From Neophaeotheca triangularis (taxonomy: Eukaryota), in contig BAAIJX010000101.1 of the NCBI GenBank assembly GCA_054600435.1, positions 1-42,829 on the forward strand: a stretch of 42,829 nt of DNA. The letters run 5' to 3'. Position 1 is the stretch's first letter, and every line of letters starts with the position of its first letter. Of this stretch, positions 12,801 through 23,331 are shown piece by piece. Under the pieces are notes generated by a model. That model ran no database searches. It was not told where the DNA came from and saw nothing but the letters and a program-made list of their open reading frames with translations. A program made the translations under genes and the position numbers.

Positions 12801-13793
12801 GAAACGGACCAGAAACTCATTACCAACATCCGCAAGACTCGCGAGCGCCGCAAAAAGAAGCGCGATGCCGGTGACGAGGGCGACGAGAACGAGAACGAGA
12901 ACGAAGGAAACAACACCGAACCCGCCGAACGCCACAAGGGGCGTTTCGAGTCGGAATATGACGAAGCAGTCTACGGCTCCGAGGATTCGGACGAGGGCTC
13001 TGACGCAGGCTCCGACATTTCCGACGACGAGGTCCTCGGTCGCGCAGCGCGAAAGGGCCAAAACTCCCGACAGAAGCAAGGCGGGCAGCAGTACATTGTC
13101 GAAGACGACGACGAGCCTCTGGACCTCCTCGACAAGCGCGCCTTGGCTCACGTTTCTTCCACCAAGCCAGTGTCCAAACGTAGCGTCCTTGACGGCCAGA
13201 CCAAACGCAAGGCCAAGACCGACTTGGACGGGAAGCTGGTATTCAACGAGCAGAACGGTGATAGCGATGATGACGGAGATGAGATTATGGCTTTTGATGA
13301 CCAGGGCATGCAGGCCAATGGCCGGGAGCCCGGTGATGGGAGTCTGGAAGGCGGTATCAATGCCTACGTCGATGCGATTAAGAGCAAAGACGCCGCGAGG
13401 AGGGGCCAAAAGGGACGACTGAGGTTCAAGAACGCTACTGCGAAGTCAGGGGATGCGGGCGCTGATGAGGAGGATGCTGATGGCGACGGCGATGCTATGG
13501 AAGTGGATGGAATGGCGTTGGGAGAGGCGGTTAGGAGGAAAATGAAGGATGGAAAGGGTGGCGCGAGGGGTGGAAATGCGAAGAGAGGCGTTGGGCCGAC
13601 GAGAGGGCCAATGAGGAGGGGTTTGGGCATGGAGAAATTTAAGGGCTCGCAGCAGCAGGGGAGTTATAGTGCTATTAGGAGAGATCGAGGGGGTTTCGCG
13701 AGGGGTAGAGGCGGTGGCGGTAGGGGTGCTGCTAGGGGTGGAGGCGGCAGGGGCGGTGGCAGGGGCGGATCGGGTGCTCGGGGAAGGCGATAG
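9819..13793 (+). CDS. RRP12: Ribosomal RNA-processing protein RRP12 (HEAT-repeat, NUC173 domain), 1324 aa, intronless
   Basis: Motifs DHRPKVRKRAQ, PGRAWLLPLMRD, KAKVKHIFERMIRRFG, LITNIRKTRERRKKK and DDEPLDLLD, followed by an acidic and RGG-rich tail. Confidence 0.95.
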   Translation: MANMSLAERLDKIRSQPKLQSGQQTGVVLNAIEDTLRSQKSDPTPTAYFAALLSLLNQTISHEKGITNKEVAYAVVYLLDLVTSHVPAPLLKSKFPQILAGLAPALTHPEAEAPLLRAAIGCLESLLLAQDSQAWALPQSGSSPRGAMGGLLALAVDHRPKVRKRAQDALSNTLKHPPPSPSLDHPAADMCAEAALRSLQACAEEVNSRKRKHKKEEQQNYPSLMHALQLVKTIAVAANGWPARKIDALCELLLNISRGSNEFLTMSAFEVFEIIFSGLADEVSSTKLPRVLEAIKELQPSQNDSQLLPPWIAVLSRGYDVSSQIEPEETFQKLPELFSTVSTFLVSSSHNIRVSSSECLISLLNTCIPDNVILDPSIMDDKVLERIAKTLTEMLTVKYQTAWMEVFNVLSAAFEVLKWRSHPLLSNIAKTVGDLRSDDAFAGKKEADAVLSSAIRAMGPDNVLAILPLNLVKPKPKEPGRAWLLPLMRDSISNTRLSHFRSELVPLSEVMFERVLKHGEGEKTMEIKVFETVVGQIWACLPGYCQLPLDLEQAFDQTFAEQLSNLLYQQPQLRTQICKGLQHIVETNKIIADLETEEEDLIQQGRVTKAAAAQNLKHLATFAGNMLAVLFNVYSQTLPQNRGNLLQCINAFLSITPEGELMETFTRVATMLESAFEESGSQTQADKQKQQPSSKDQKSKMPPMSHTLMDLVITISIYLPRQSFAGLFNMAANIVNKQDDPQLQKKAYKLIPRLAESETGLAALRERSADLQQLLLNAADKASAPAKRDRLASIAQVVPYLPQSDLHFIPSILSEVVISAKEVNEKARNAAFELLVLMGNKLAEGGAIVNAKVPGMPEDAPSVEANLEEYFTMVSAGLAGGSPHMVSASITALTRLLYEFRSRLQESTVTDLVQTLDLFLTSNNREIVRSVLGFVKVCIISLPENIIKPRLETLVPNLVVWSHEHKAQFKAKVKHIFERMIRRFGVELIQRYTPETDQKLITNIRKTRERRKKKRDAGDEGDENENENEGNNTEPAERHKGRFESEYDEAVYGSEDSDEGSDAGSDISDDEVLGRAARKGQNSRQKQGGQQYIVEDDDEPLDLLDKRALAHVSSTKPVSKRSVLDGQTKRKAKTDLDGKLVFNEQNGDSDDDGDEIMAFDDQGMQANGREPGDGSLEGGINAYVDAIKSKDAARRGQKGRLRFKNATAKSGDAGADEEDADGDGDAMEVDGMALGEAVRRKMKDGKGGARGGNAKRGVGPTRGPMRRGLGMEKFKGSQQQGSYSAIRRDRGGFARGRGGGGRGAARGGGGRGGGRGGSGARGRR

Positions 13794-14418
13794 ATTATGT
13801 CTTTAGGACGTTGTTCTGATGTGGAGTGGGGATGTTTGGCTATTGTTGGAGGATCTTGGGCAGCTGATTCCTGTTGATACCTCGTAGGCGATCAACGTTT
13901 ACTTCTTCGTTGTTATGTCGCCATCGTTCAAGACGACCTCGTGCAAGGTCCATTTTTTTCACCTCATGCAGGGAAGAGCCTTCGAATGTGGGATTCCCAT
14001 GTGCCTTTCCACTCAGCAGCTGTTGGCACATCGTGTCCGGACGCACCTTAAGTAAATATCAACATTACGCGAGGAGTGTTGTCTGCATGTGATACATCAT
14101 CGACCTCGCCGTCGTCTAAAAAGCGCCATTCCCAGGGTCAGGGTTTGGGGTGCAGCCTTAGTCAGCAGCTTCGGTTTCACATGCCCCCGAGGTAGTGGGC
14201 AGGCGCAACAATGTACTTTGGTCAACAACCTCTCACTCCTGCTACACAACATATGGACTAGCGACAGCTCTCTTGAGGCACATACGAAGACGGCATCAGC
14301 GTAATCGCCCAAAGCAAATCAAGAGCGTATTGTGCCTCGATACTACCAACAACTCCACAATCTACCGATCTCCAAAGACGATCCGGTAAAACAACTACCA
14401 CAGCAACCCACAACAACA

Positions 14419-14811
14419 ATGTCCACCACCGCCGCCAACAGCAAACCCCACATCACACCCAACACTAGTGCCAACACCCCAAGCGTACAAGAACAGCTCA
14501 ACCTCGCCATCGCCGCCAACAACGGCGTCTCGCGCATCGAAAGCGTGCTACGACAACGCCTCGACGAGCAAGGCTGGACGCAAGCGCTGCGCGAGTACAC
14601 AACGGCGCTGCTCAGGAGTGGGGAGTGCAAAACTTTCGACGAGGTGAAGGGACGAGTGGAGGCGTTGGTGGGGTTTGTTGGGGAAGGAGAAGAAAGAGAG
14701 GGGAAGGGGAAGGCTGGAGAGCCGGATTTGAAGGTTGGGAAGGAGGTGCAGGAGGGGTGCGTTGGGGTTGTCAAGAAGGAGTTGGAGAGAGTTTGTGTGG
14801 TTGAGGGGTGA
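14419..14811 (+). CDS. SUS1: SUS1/ENY2-like transcription and mRNA export factor, 130 aa
   Basis: IESVLRQRLDEQGWTQALREYTTALLRSG matches the EnY2 L..RL.E.GW pattern. ATG at 14419 is in good context (ACAATG). Confidence 0.72.
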   Translation: MSTTAANSKPHITPNTSANTPSVQEQLNLAIAANNGVSRIESVLRQRLDEQGWTQALREYTTALLRSGECKTFDEVKGRVEALVGFVGEGEEREGKGKAGEPDLKVGKEVQEGCVGVVKKELERVCVVEG

Positions 14812-16823
14812 ACGTATGGGTTTCTATCAACTTGCTAGTGCTTGGCTCTGATGTCTGTGGTGGGTCTGGCTCTCATGCGTGGTGGCTTTACTGCGACAGC
14901 TTCTGAGCATTCCATCCGCCTGGAGTGTAGCGGTAGGGTTCCAGAGATTTTGGGATCGCAAGCACGGGAATTCAAGAGCAAGGAAGTGTACCCGGTTTGA
15001 CGACGTTACCTTGTGTCTCCCGTCCAGGCACACGAACAAGAAGCGCTCTTCCTAACAAGAAAGTAGACAAGATTACGACTCATCCAGCAAACCGTATGCC
15101 GCCGAGGTTCAGCGTAAGTTCTCCCGTCTCCCGAAGCTTTTTGTTGCTTCTATCCTCCTACGCGATGCTGATCCTCCACTCCCAGCTATCTGCATAGATT
15201 GAGGTGCCAAAGCGACGGCGAGAAGGCGCTTCCCTAACTCATCTAAGAGGAGCTCCGCTTTTAGAGAAGAGGCAATATGCATTCACGAACAGGCCTACTA
15301 TGCGGACCTAAGCCACTTGCACAATTTTCTCAAACAGTTGCAAATATGGAGACCGAGCTACCGAGTTGCTTCTCGCGCCACTTGTGCAAACATCATCCCC
15401 AATCTCCAGCAGAAGCCAAATGAACTCTTCGCCTTGATCTCCTGCGCTTCCTGGCCGTTGCATGTGAAAACACCGCAAGACGTTCGATGATCGCAGCCTT
15501 TGCACCTGGTAGCACGTATGCAAGCAATGGCTGCACGCATCAACTCACACAAAAGCCTTTCGGAATCTGGAAGGAACACTACCCTTTCTGAGGGAGCATG
15601 CATGATGGAAGCGATAGAAAGACAAGAGCGCCGAAAGCGGCCCTTTGGAAAGCTTGCCCGACTCCGCCGCAGCTTGGTCTGAGTAGTAGCAATCCTAGCC
15701 CGGCACAGCTGAACTACGAATGCGGTTATTCATGTGGCTGTGTCGTAGGCCCATAGTTAAGCCCTCTGAATCGATTTTAAAGCTCATCTACAGCATTATG
15801 GTTCAGCGCAGCGACAAGCTGCAGTAACCCGGACCCGAAAGCAAGGTGCAAGTATCCTATCCAGCGACAGAATGCCTCGGTGCTTCGAATTTCACTTTGG
15901 TTGAGCAACTCTCCTTCTGGCCTTCTATAGCGATATCGCACGTAGCTCGCGAAACAAAGCATCGTATGCGGCTGCGCAACAGAAAAATCTGATGAGATTT
16001 GATCACTTTCGTTTAGATCGCTAGATGCGAGGGAGCTGTCTGCTCATTCAAAGCTCACGTCCGGAGGCCCATCTGATCTGGACCATCGGAAAGCCATGGA
16101 GCGAGTTCCATAGCCAGCGATAGAAAACCAATTGAATTTAAGACTATCACGGCGTGGTGTCTGGCAATCGCCGGGCCGTTGTATCCATCCATTCCAGGCG
16201 CACGGGTCAAAAATAATACACCAAGTTGGATCGGCAAGTTCCCTTCCTTAGCTCTTTGCTGTCCGCTGATCCTAGCTGTAGATCAAGTTGATCTTCAAAT
16301 CAGAATCTTGAGAACAAGAAACAAACTTGTCAATCACTAAACATGGACCTTTGACTTTGCCAGAGCGGGCGGATACCCCAGACGAGGCTCCTGGTGGTTT
16401 GAACTATAAATTGCTCAGACCTCAGTTGTGCTTCTCATTGCAGCTACTCGGATATCATCCCACGGCCGACTAGCTTTCTTTCGATAACAGCGCAACACAC
16501 CCAACGAAATGTCTACAACGCGGAAGATACCGTGAGATGGGTTTCTTTGGCCAGGCGATGATGGGCTTTAGGACGCATCGCTAGTCTTGTGCCCAACAAA
16601 GCTTCTGCGCTTGATGTCTTTTCGAAGTCGACGCATCACCCGAGGCCGGAATGATCTGTAGGTGTAGGTCCAGGGAGGATGTAGACCGCAGATAAATAGT
16701 AGGCACCTCTCCCTCGTCTTCCCCGTTTTATTACAGCAAGCAATCCAATCCCCTCCAGCAATCCAACCACAACCGACACATCCAGCCCTCAACGATCTCC
16801 AGATCAAAACAGCCACCGTCAAC

Positions 16824-17484
16824 ATGAAGAGCATCATCGCAGCCGCCATCGCCGTCCCGGCACTCCTCGCGACCTGCAACGCCCAGCTTGGTCTACAAGT
16901 GCGCAACGCCAACGTTCGTTATCCATAGCACCTGCTCCTCGTTTCCTCTCACACTAACACCTCACATTCCCTAGTTTGACGACATTGAGGTCAACAACCC
17001 TCGCATCTCCACCCAACCCATCGGCACCTACAAGGGCCTCAACTGGGACGGTTTCAACGTCATTGACGTCTCCGGCGCACCCACCGGTGTAGCCGCCCAG
17101 AGCGACCCCAACGTCGCCGTGCAGTACATCCTGTCCACGGGCCCAGCGCTCACCGCGCGCCTTCAACCCGCCAGCGACCGCGTCAACTACTTCGCTCTGC
17201 AGAGCTTCTACTTCGGCTGCGTCGCCTCGTCCCAAGAGACCGTCGTCGGCGTTCCCGTCGCATGCCAGGTCCGCCTTACCGGCCGCCGCAACGGCCGCGT
17301 CGTCGTTGAGCAGGACATCAACTACAACCCCAGGAGCCTCCAGAACAAGATGAAGTTCATCGAGTTTGCCGACCGTTTCGCCAACGTCGACGAGATCGAC
17401 TTCCAGCAGCGTGGCCTCCTCGCCCCTGGCACCAGCGTTCTCTACGACAACGTCCGGTACAACACCTTCACGGGCTTGATCTAG
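16824..17484 (+). CDS. Small secreted protein of unknown function, paralogue A; join(16824..16913, 16975..17484), ~199 aa
   Basis: Signal peptide MKSIIAAAIAVPALLATCNA. Intron GTTCGT..CTAAC..TAG. Exon 2 reads FDDIEVNNP..YKGLNWDGF..FALQSFYFGC..VLYDNVRY. Strong C-ending codon bias. Confidence 0.88.
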
Positions 17485-17800
17485 ATGTTCTACGTGGCTT
17501 CCGGATCAACTGGGAGGTTACGAATCTGAGTTCGGAGATCTGGGACGGGAGAAGATGTAGGTGTGGTTTGCTTGACGGCTCGATGATTGGTAAATAAGTT
17601 TGGAAGCGATTGCGAGCTTAGTTCTTGGCAACAAATCTGCTATATTCCAGCGTCTATTGAAATCTCGCTTTCATCGTTTCCAATTCCAAATGGGGAGCTG
17701 TTATGCGCTGTTGTGTGGTTGTAGAAAGTATGACTTGCACAAGAAAAGAATGCCTCCACTTTTTGCTCTGGCTTTCCTGTTCCCTAAGGGGCCATGAAGA

Positions 17801-18488
17801 TCACTCTTCTGCCGGGAAAATCTTGTAATTGAAGCTGTCATAAAGCACAGCAGTCGCCAAGCTACCAACAAGCCCATTACGACTAAACTCAACTCGATCG
17901 ACATTGGCAAATCCCTCCCCGAGGGAAGCCCTCTGCATAGGCTGCTTCACCAGATTAAGGCCGGGAGTATACCTCACATCCTGAGTGGAGACTTGCTCAT
18001 CGCCGCGGAAACTCGTCAGAGTAATGGTGCAAGGCGTCGCCACTAGAGCTGCCACGGCCGGCGGTCCAGTGCAAGCGAAGAAGAAGCTTTGAAGCGTGAA
18101 GGCTGCGACGTCATCGCTAGCGGCGCGGAGGGTGTTTGTGCCACTGGGTTCGGATAGCACGAACTGGGAGGCGACGTTGGAGCCAGATTCGGGGACGATG
18201 CCCAAGGGTATGGGAAGCACTTCGGATAGTCGGAACCCGTCCCAGGTCAAGTTGCGGTAGTCGCCGATTTCTTGCATGGAGGTGATGTCCAAGGGGGGAG
18301 CGTCGAGGTCGTCGAACTGTAGTGTCTGTGTCAGTACTGGCATGATGCTGTTGAAAGTGCTGGCGAGAATCTGTGCTCACGTTGATCGGACCTCCAGGTG
18401 GTGCGCTTTGCCTGGGTAGTATGGCGGCGGCATCAACGAGAGCGGCTGCGAAGGCAGAAGCCGTTGCGATGATCGAGATCTCTTTCAT
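17801..18488 (-). CDS. Small secreted protein of unknown function, paralogue B; join(18488..18381, 18316..17801), ~207 aa
   Basis: Signal peptide MKEISIIATASAFAAALVDA. Intron GTGAGC..CTGAC..CAG. Exon 2 reads FDDLDAPP..YRNLTWDGF..FTLQSFFFAC..VLYDSFNY and aligns with paralogue A. Confidence 0.87.
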
Positions 18489-20077
18489 ACTGGATTTGGT
18501 GTACTTTCTTTGAGTGAGGGTGAGAAGTATAGTACTGGAAACAGAAAATCGTCAAATCTATGTAATGAAAAAGAAAACGGCTGAGGTTGGAAGGAATGTT
18601 GGAATATATGGGTGCTCAACAGGCAGTGTGAGTTAATAGGACGGCTTGGACGGCCTCCGTCATTGGTCCCGGTGTCCTGGTTTTGGTGTTGACTACGTAC
18701 TGGCATCTGCAACGCCATCAACCGTGGCCGCTGATCTGTTCTCGTGGTCCGAATGATAACAAAGCGGAAATATTGATGCATCGTGGACATGGCCTATCCC
18801 GTCTTGTACACTGCAAGCTCTGCTGAGTCCCGATTAGCGTCATATGTGCAGCAAGCTAGTTCCCTTTACTAATATTACTCGAGGACCCCGAGCATTAACA
18901 ATTCCATCACTTGTGCTTGGCTGCAGTGAAATTCGCCGCATCACGTACTACCTAGGTACTGACTGCATAGCGGCCCTTCATTTCGTCCGGCTCACTTCAG
19001 GGACTTAATGATCGACCGGCCCCCCCGCTCCCGCCCGGTCGCGCCGTTTAGCCGATGGCGTAATAATGTGGAGATGAACCAATCTTTCAACCACGACCTT
19101 ACCCTACCTTATCTGGGTAAGCTGAAAACCTCTATTAATCGTAATAGCTGTATCGACGTCTGTGTTTTGCTCAATAGAGCATCGTATTTTCATGAGTATA
19201 GACGTGTGGATATCGAAACCGTATCTAAGCATATGCACATTACTCGTAAGGCAATAATTCCAATGGCAGTGCACTTCTAGGAGAAGAGGCAAAGCTATAC
19301 CGAGTTTTCCTCATCGCATTAGTCGATCCCTGCTCCACCACCTCCACCTCGTCGTTGTTGAATGTCGATCACAAGCAGTCAGACCCACTATACTCTAGCA
19401 TCGGGGATAGTAGTGTTAGTAAGCACCTCGAATACTCGCGTAAGCTCGAGGACCTCTAAGAGCTCGAGACCTTTAAATCTCCTAACAACACCGCGCTGCT
19501 GCTCTTTCATAGAGGTCTAGACCCAATACCCTTGGCATAATCATAGGCTTGATCATTCGTAGCTCGCCCACATGAAGTTATAAGTCACCTGGCTTAGAGC
19601 ACTTGGTCTAGCTATAGGCAGTTCACTAAGGAAAACCTTTACACAGTAGGAAGGAGAGAGGTCATTGCTATCTAGTCTCTCCCCGGCACTATGTAGAAGT
19701 GGGCTACTTATACCTTTAAGGACCATGACCCCTATTCTGTTTCGTCGCGTACATCAAGAGAGCTGTATATTATGAATTACGAAACCTGATGGAAACATTC
19801 TACCAAGTGAGCGACATGCCCTTGGCCTTTTGACCTCATCCACGGCACTAGTAGTTCGTCTAAGCGTACCGCGCTCCGATTCATCCTGCATCAAACTCAT
19901 AGTAGCACCCCTACAAGCACGTCGTTAGTAATGGGAATTGGGGCACCACCTTTGCCACTCATGGCACTTAAGCCAACGGCAAGATAGAATAGGAAAACTT
20001 GCAATGAATAGGAGATGGTATGTACAAAAAGACCCTTTCAATCCCTCTCTCCACGTACCACCAACAACACACTCTCT

Positions 20078-21799
20078 TCAGATGGTGTACCTAAAGTTGA
20101 CATCACCCTCGAGCACAATCTCGCCCTTGTCAGCTCTCTTGTTCTTCCGCGTAAAGATTAAAGTGTTCATGATGACAATGGCGATGATGATTAAATCGGC
20201 CCCGATACAAAAGTATAGCCCGAAATAATACTCCGGAGCATCCTGTGTGCGGAAAACAGTCGAGCCACAAATGCCGCCGATGCCTCCGGCGCCGATGAGA
20301 GTCGCGGAAGCGAATGCACGTTTCCACTGGCCGCGGATGTTGTTCGCTTGGTAGGCCAGGACGGTGGGGATACTAGCGTTGGCCGCGCCACAGATGAGGA
20401 AGATTCCAAAGTACCGCACTCCGGTGACCTGTCCCCAGCCGAGGAGCGCGAGGCCTACGATTCCCATGCAGGCGAGGCAGAGGATTATGGGACCACGGAT
20501 GTGCTTTTTGTCGCCGAGCCAAGCGCATCCGGCCATGATGAAGCCTGCAAAGATATAAGGGGGAGCGGTCAACAGTTGGGATAGGCCTACGTCGAAACCC
20601 ATGGTCTCGTTAAGGATGATGGGGAGAAAGTAGCCGAGTGCGTAGCTCTGGGTAGTCAAACAACTGAAAGGCAAAAGGTCAGTAAGTTCCTGTGGGAGGA
20701 TGGGAGATGAAGAGGAGCGCTCACCCAAATTGCACGGCAAAGGTCCAAATCTTCCAGTCGGCGCCGGCGGATATCCATTTTTTGAAATTCCAGGGCTCGG
20801 CACTAGCGTCATCTCTATCTTTTTTAATGCGGCGGAGGATGAATGCAATCTCCTCGGAATTCACAAAGCCAAAATACTTCTTGTCGATGGCGCGGTCGGG
20901 AAAGTCGACCAAGAAAATATAGCCAGCAATGCCGGCGGCAACGGTAGTCAGGCCGAAAACAAGAAAGATCCAACGCCAGCCTTCTAGACCTCCAGCACCA
21001 TCCCTAAAATGTGTCAGCAAGTCGAAATACCTCTGGTCTCACGAGGCTCTAGAAGAGCGACGACTTACGCTTGCATGACACCAAAAGCTAGAATGCCCGA
21101 GCATCCAGATGCGACCAGGCCGAGACCGTAAAAGCCAGCGTACCTCTTGTGCATGTCATAACGTGAATACCATGTCGAGATGAGGTAGATGACACCAGGA
21201 AAGTATGCCGCTTCAAAGAGTCCCAGCACAAGACGTAGAGGGATGAGCTCCCACCACTCGTCGACAAAGGAGAAGCCGACCATGACCAGCCCCCACGCTA
21301 CGCAGATTGTCGAGAGGAAGATCCTAGGTCCGAAAGCGCGAGTGAGGAGCGTAGCTGGAGGCTGGAAAAGCGTGTAAGTGAGGAAGAAGACGAGGGCAAT
21401 AATGCTCTGGGTCCAAGGTCAGTTTCATGGACGATCTCAGTACGGCCGCTTACTTGGCCGTTGCAAACTTACATATCGCGCGCCTATGTTAGTCCTCAGG
21501 TCGTCTGTCATGCCAGCAATTGCTGGGGAAGGTCCAACATCAGTATGTATATAATTCCCGATGCTTTCTCGGACAGACTTACCTGCGTTGGGCAGATTGG
21601 ACCGATCCATCAAGCTATTCATGTAGATAATGCCGGAGATGACAATGAGACGGCGGTCGATGCGGTGAATGATCTTGCGTTGCTCAGCGTAGCTGTACAC
21701 GGGGTCATCGTCGAGGGCCTCCGGTGCATCGGGTTCCGTACTTGGGGACTTCTCGAGGTAGTCGATGTCGGCAGTTTCTTTGGTCTGATTGAGAGCCAT
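20078..21799 (-). CDS. MFS transporter, anion:cation symporter family (Dal5/Tna1-like); join(21799..21583, 21522..21473, 21406..21069, 21003..20725, 20663..20078), 489 aa
   Basis: Motifs RIDRRL, MDRSNLPNA, RLVLGLFEAAYFPG, WYSRYDMHKR, GLEGWRWIF, QLLTAPPY and NNIRGQWKRA, ending FRYTI. Four canonical introns give a 1470-nt frame. Confidence 0.93.
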
Positions 21800-23331
21800 G
21801 ATGGAAGATTGGTAATCACTACTAAGCAGTTATGAAGGGATAAGGAGAGAAGGAAGTCGACTGCTGGGTCGGTTCTTCTCGAGGACCCGACGTCGGGCCC
21901 ATCCAGGTATTATATGCCCAGAACGAGGTGTCCATTGATCCGCACTGTTTCCGTGGAGGTGTGACCCGGCAGGTCGTGCCCAGCTGGGGCTTGCAGTAAA
22001 GTGGCCTCGTGAAGCGAATATACAGATGCTAAGATGCCAGATCTAGGGCAATCCATCTGGAGCATGCGGGGTGAAAAGCTGGGGCAGAGCTGGGGTAGGC
22101 CTTGGAGATTTCTTGGTGAGTCGAGTATAGCCAATGGTGAGAGGTGGTGTCAATGGGAAGCTCTGATAAAGGCGTGGCAAACGCATGGCAAATCCGTGGC
22201 ATCGACTCGTTGTAGTCTTTGTAGCTTGGGAAGCTTGTCAACTGACAGCTCACGCGGGCGGGGCTGGAAGAGTCGACGACGACTACCCAATGGATGCAAC
22301 TCGGCAAATGCGACGTTGGTGAAAGGGTACCATTACCGTCATGTTTCCGGCCTGGGAGTGGCGAAGAGGCGAGCTACGCAACGTCTATGTATCGTCGTCC
22401 TTGGCTGTGAGTACCGGTGGTCACCATGATCTAGAGCAAGCAAGATTCGAAGAGAAGTCGGTAGCATTCACTCGGCGGGAGATACACAGCTTTGCAAGGT
22501 AGCTCGCTTGACAGTGTGAGTTGTATTCTTTCGATAGCTCTCACTTTGACGCCTACCGAGGTGGTTGCTCACCTCAACGACAGCTCGTTGGTCCTATTGA
22601 TGCGAAACAGTAATGATGTTGTTGTTGTCGATCCCGACGTCCAAGTCTAAAGAAAGGTAGGAGGTAAAAGACGAGATTCAATTTGGCGAGCAAAACCCTT
22701 GTCAATCGGGGAAGCGCCTCTGACCCTGACTGTCCACCTAGGCCTTTACCTGACCGGGAGCGAGTCAAAAAGCGCTGGAACTAGACGTTCGGGGTGCTGT
22801 AGGAAGGAAAGTAGAGCCATTTTTCCTTCGTGGTGGCAGCAACCTGTTTAGCAACGCCAGCCAGAAATCATCAGTTTATGACGTTGGATGCCCCAATGTT
22901 CTAGGGACGATACAAAAAGCTTAATGCAGGCCAAGGTGCAAGTAGTCTGACCTTCAACATAGTCCAACAGTCCAAGAATCTTGTCTAATTGAAACATGTT
23001 GCGATGCCTAGAGGCCTAGCTCTCGAAAGCCAACGTGAGAAGAAAACATATCTACACCACTCAAAAAGAGAACATGGTATCTATCTCTCCATTCCCCTCA
23101 AATCCCCCAACGAACATGTGAAAACCGCAGAAAAGTCAAAAAATAAAATGCCGCTATGCAAGATGACAAAAAAAGCCCAGTCTCATGATCGTTTCATGGA
23201 AAATGTCAGACAATCCTCCAATATCCAGGAAAGCCAGATGAGCGCCCGCCATGAGCCCCTTCCGGGCAGAAACCTAACCGCAACAGCAAGAAAAAAACTC
23301 CGTGCCTTTCAAACCATCTCGATGAGACGTA

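Noticed and set aside
13560..13793. RGG/Gly-rich tail of RRP12 and G-rich 3' ends of several genes
   Set aside because: This low-complexity tail is plausible for a nucleolar protein. The C-rich 5' / G-rich 3' skew recurs in several genes here and is not locus-specific.
14812..16800. 2-kb gene-free interval (similarly 6300-7900 and 21900-23300) searched for hidden genes, tRNAs or transposon ends
   Set aside because: Only short ORFs without codon bias or motifs were found. No tRNA-like arms, TIRs or LTRs were recognised by eye.
21407..21472. Second GTAAGC donor-like sequence inside MFS intron 2 (possible nested intron)
   Set aside because: The geometry does not fit a stwintron, and using it would shift the frame. 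The simple 66-nt intron explains the gene.
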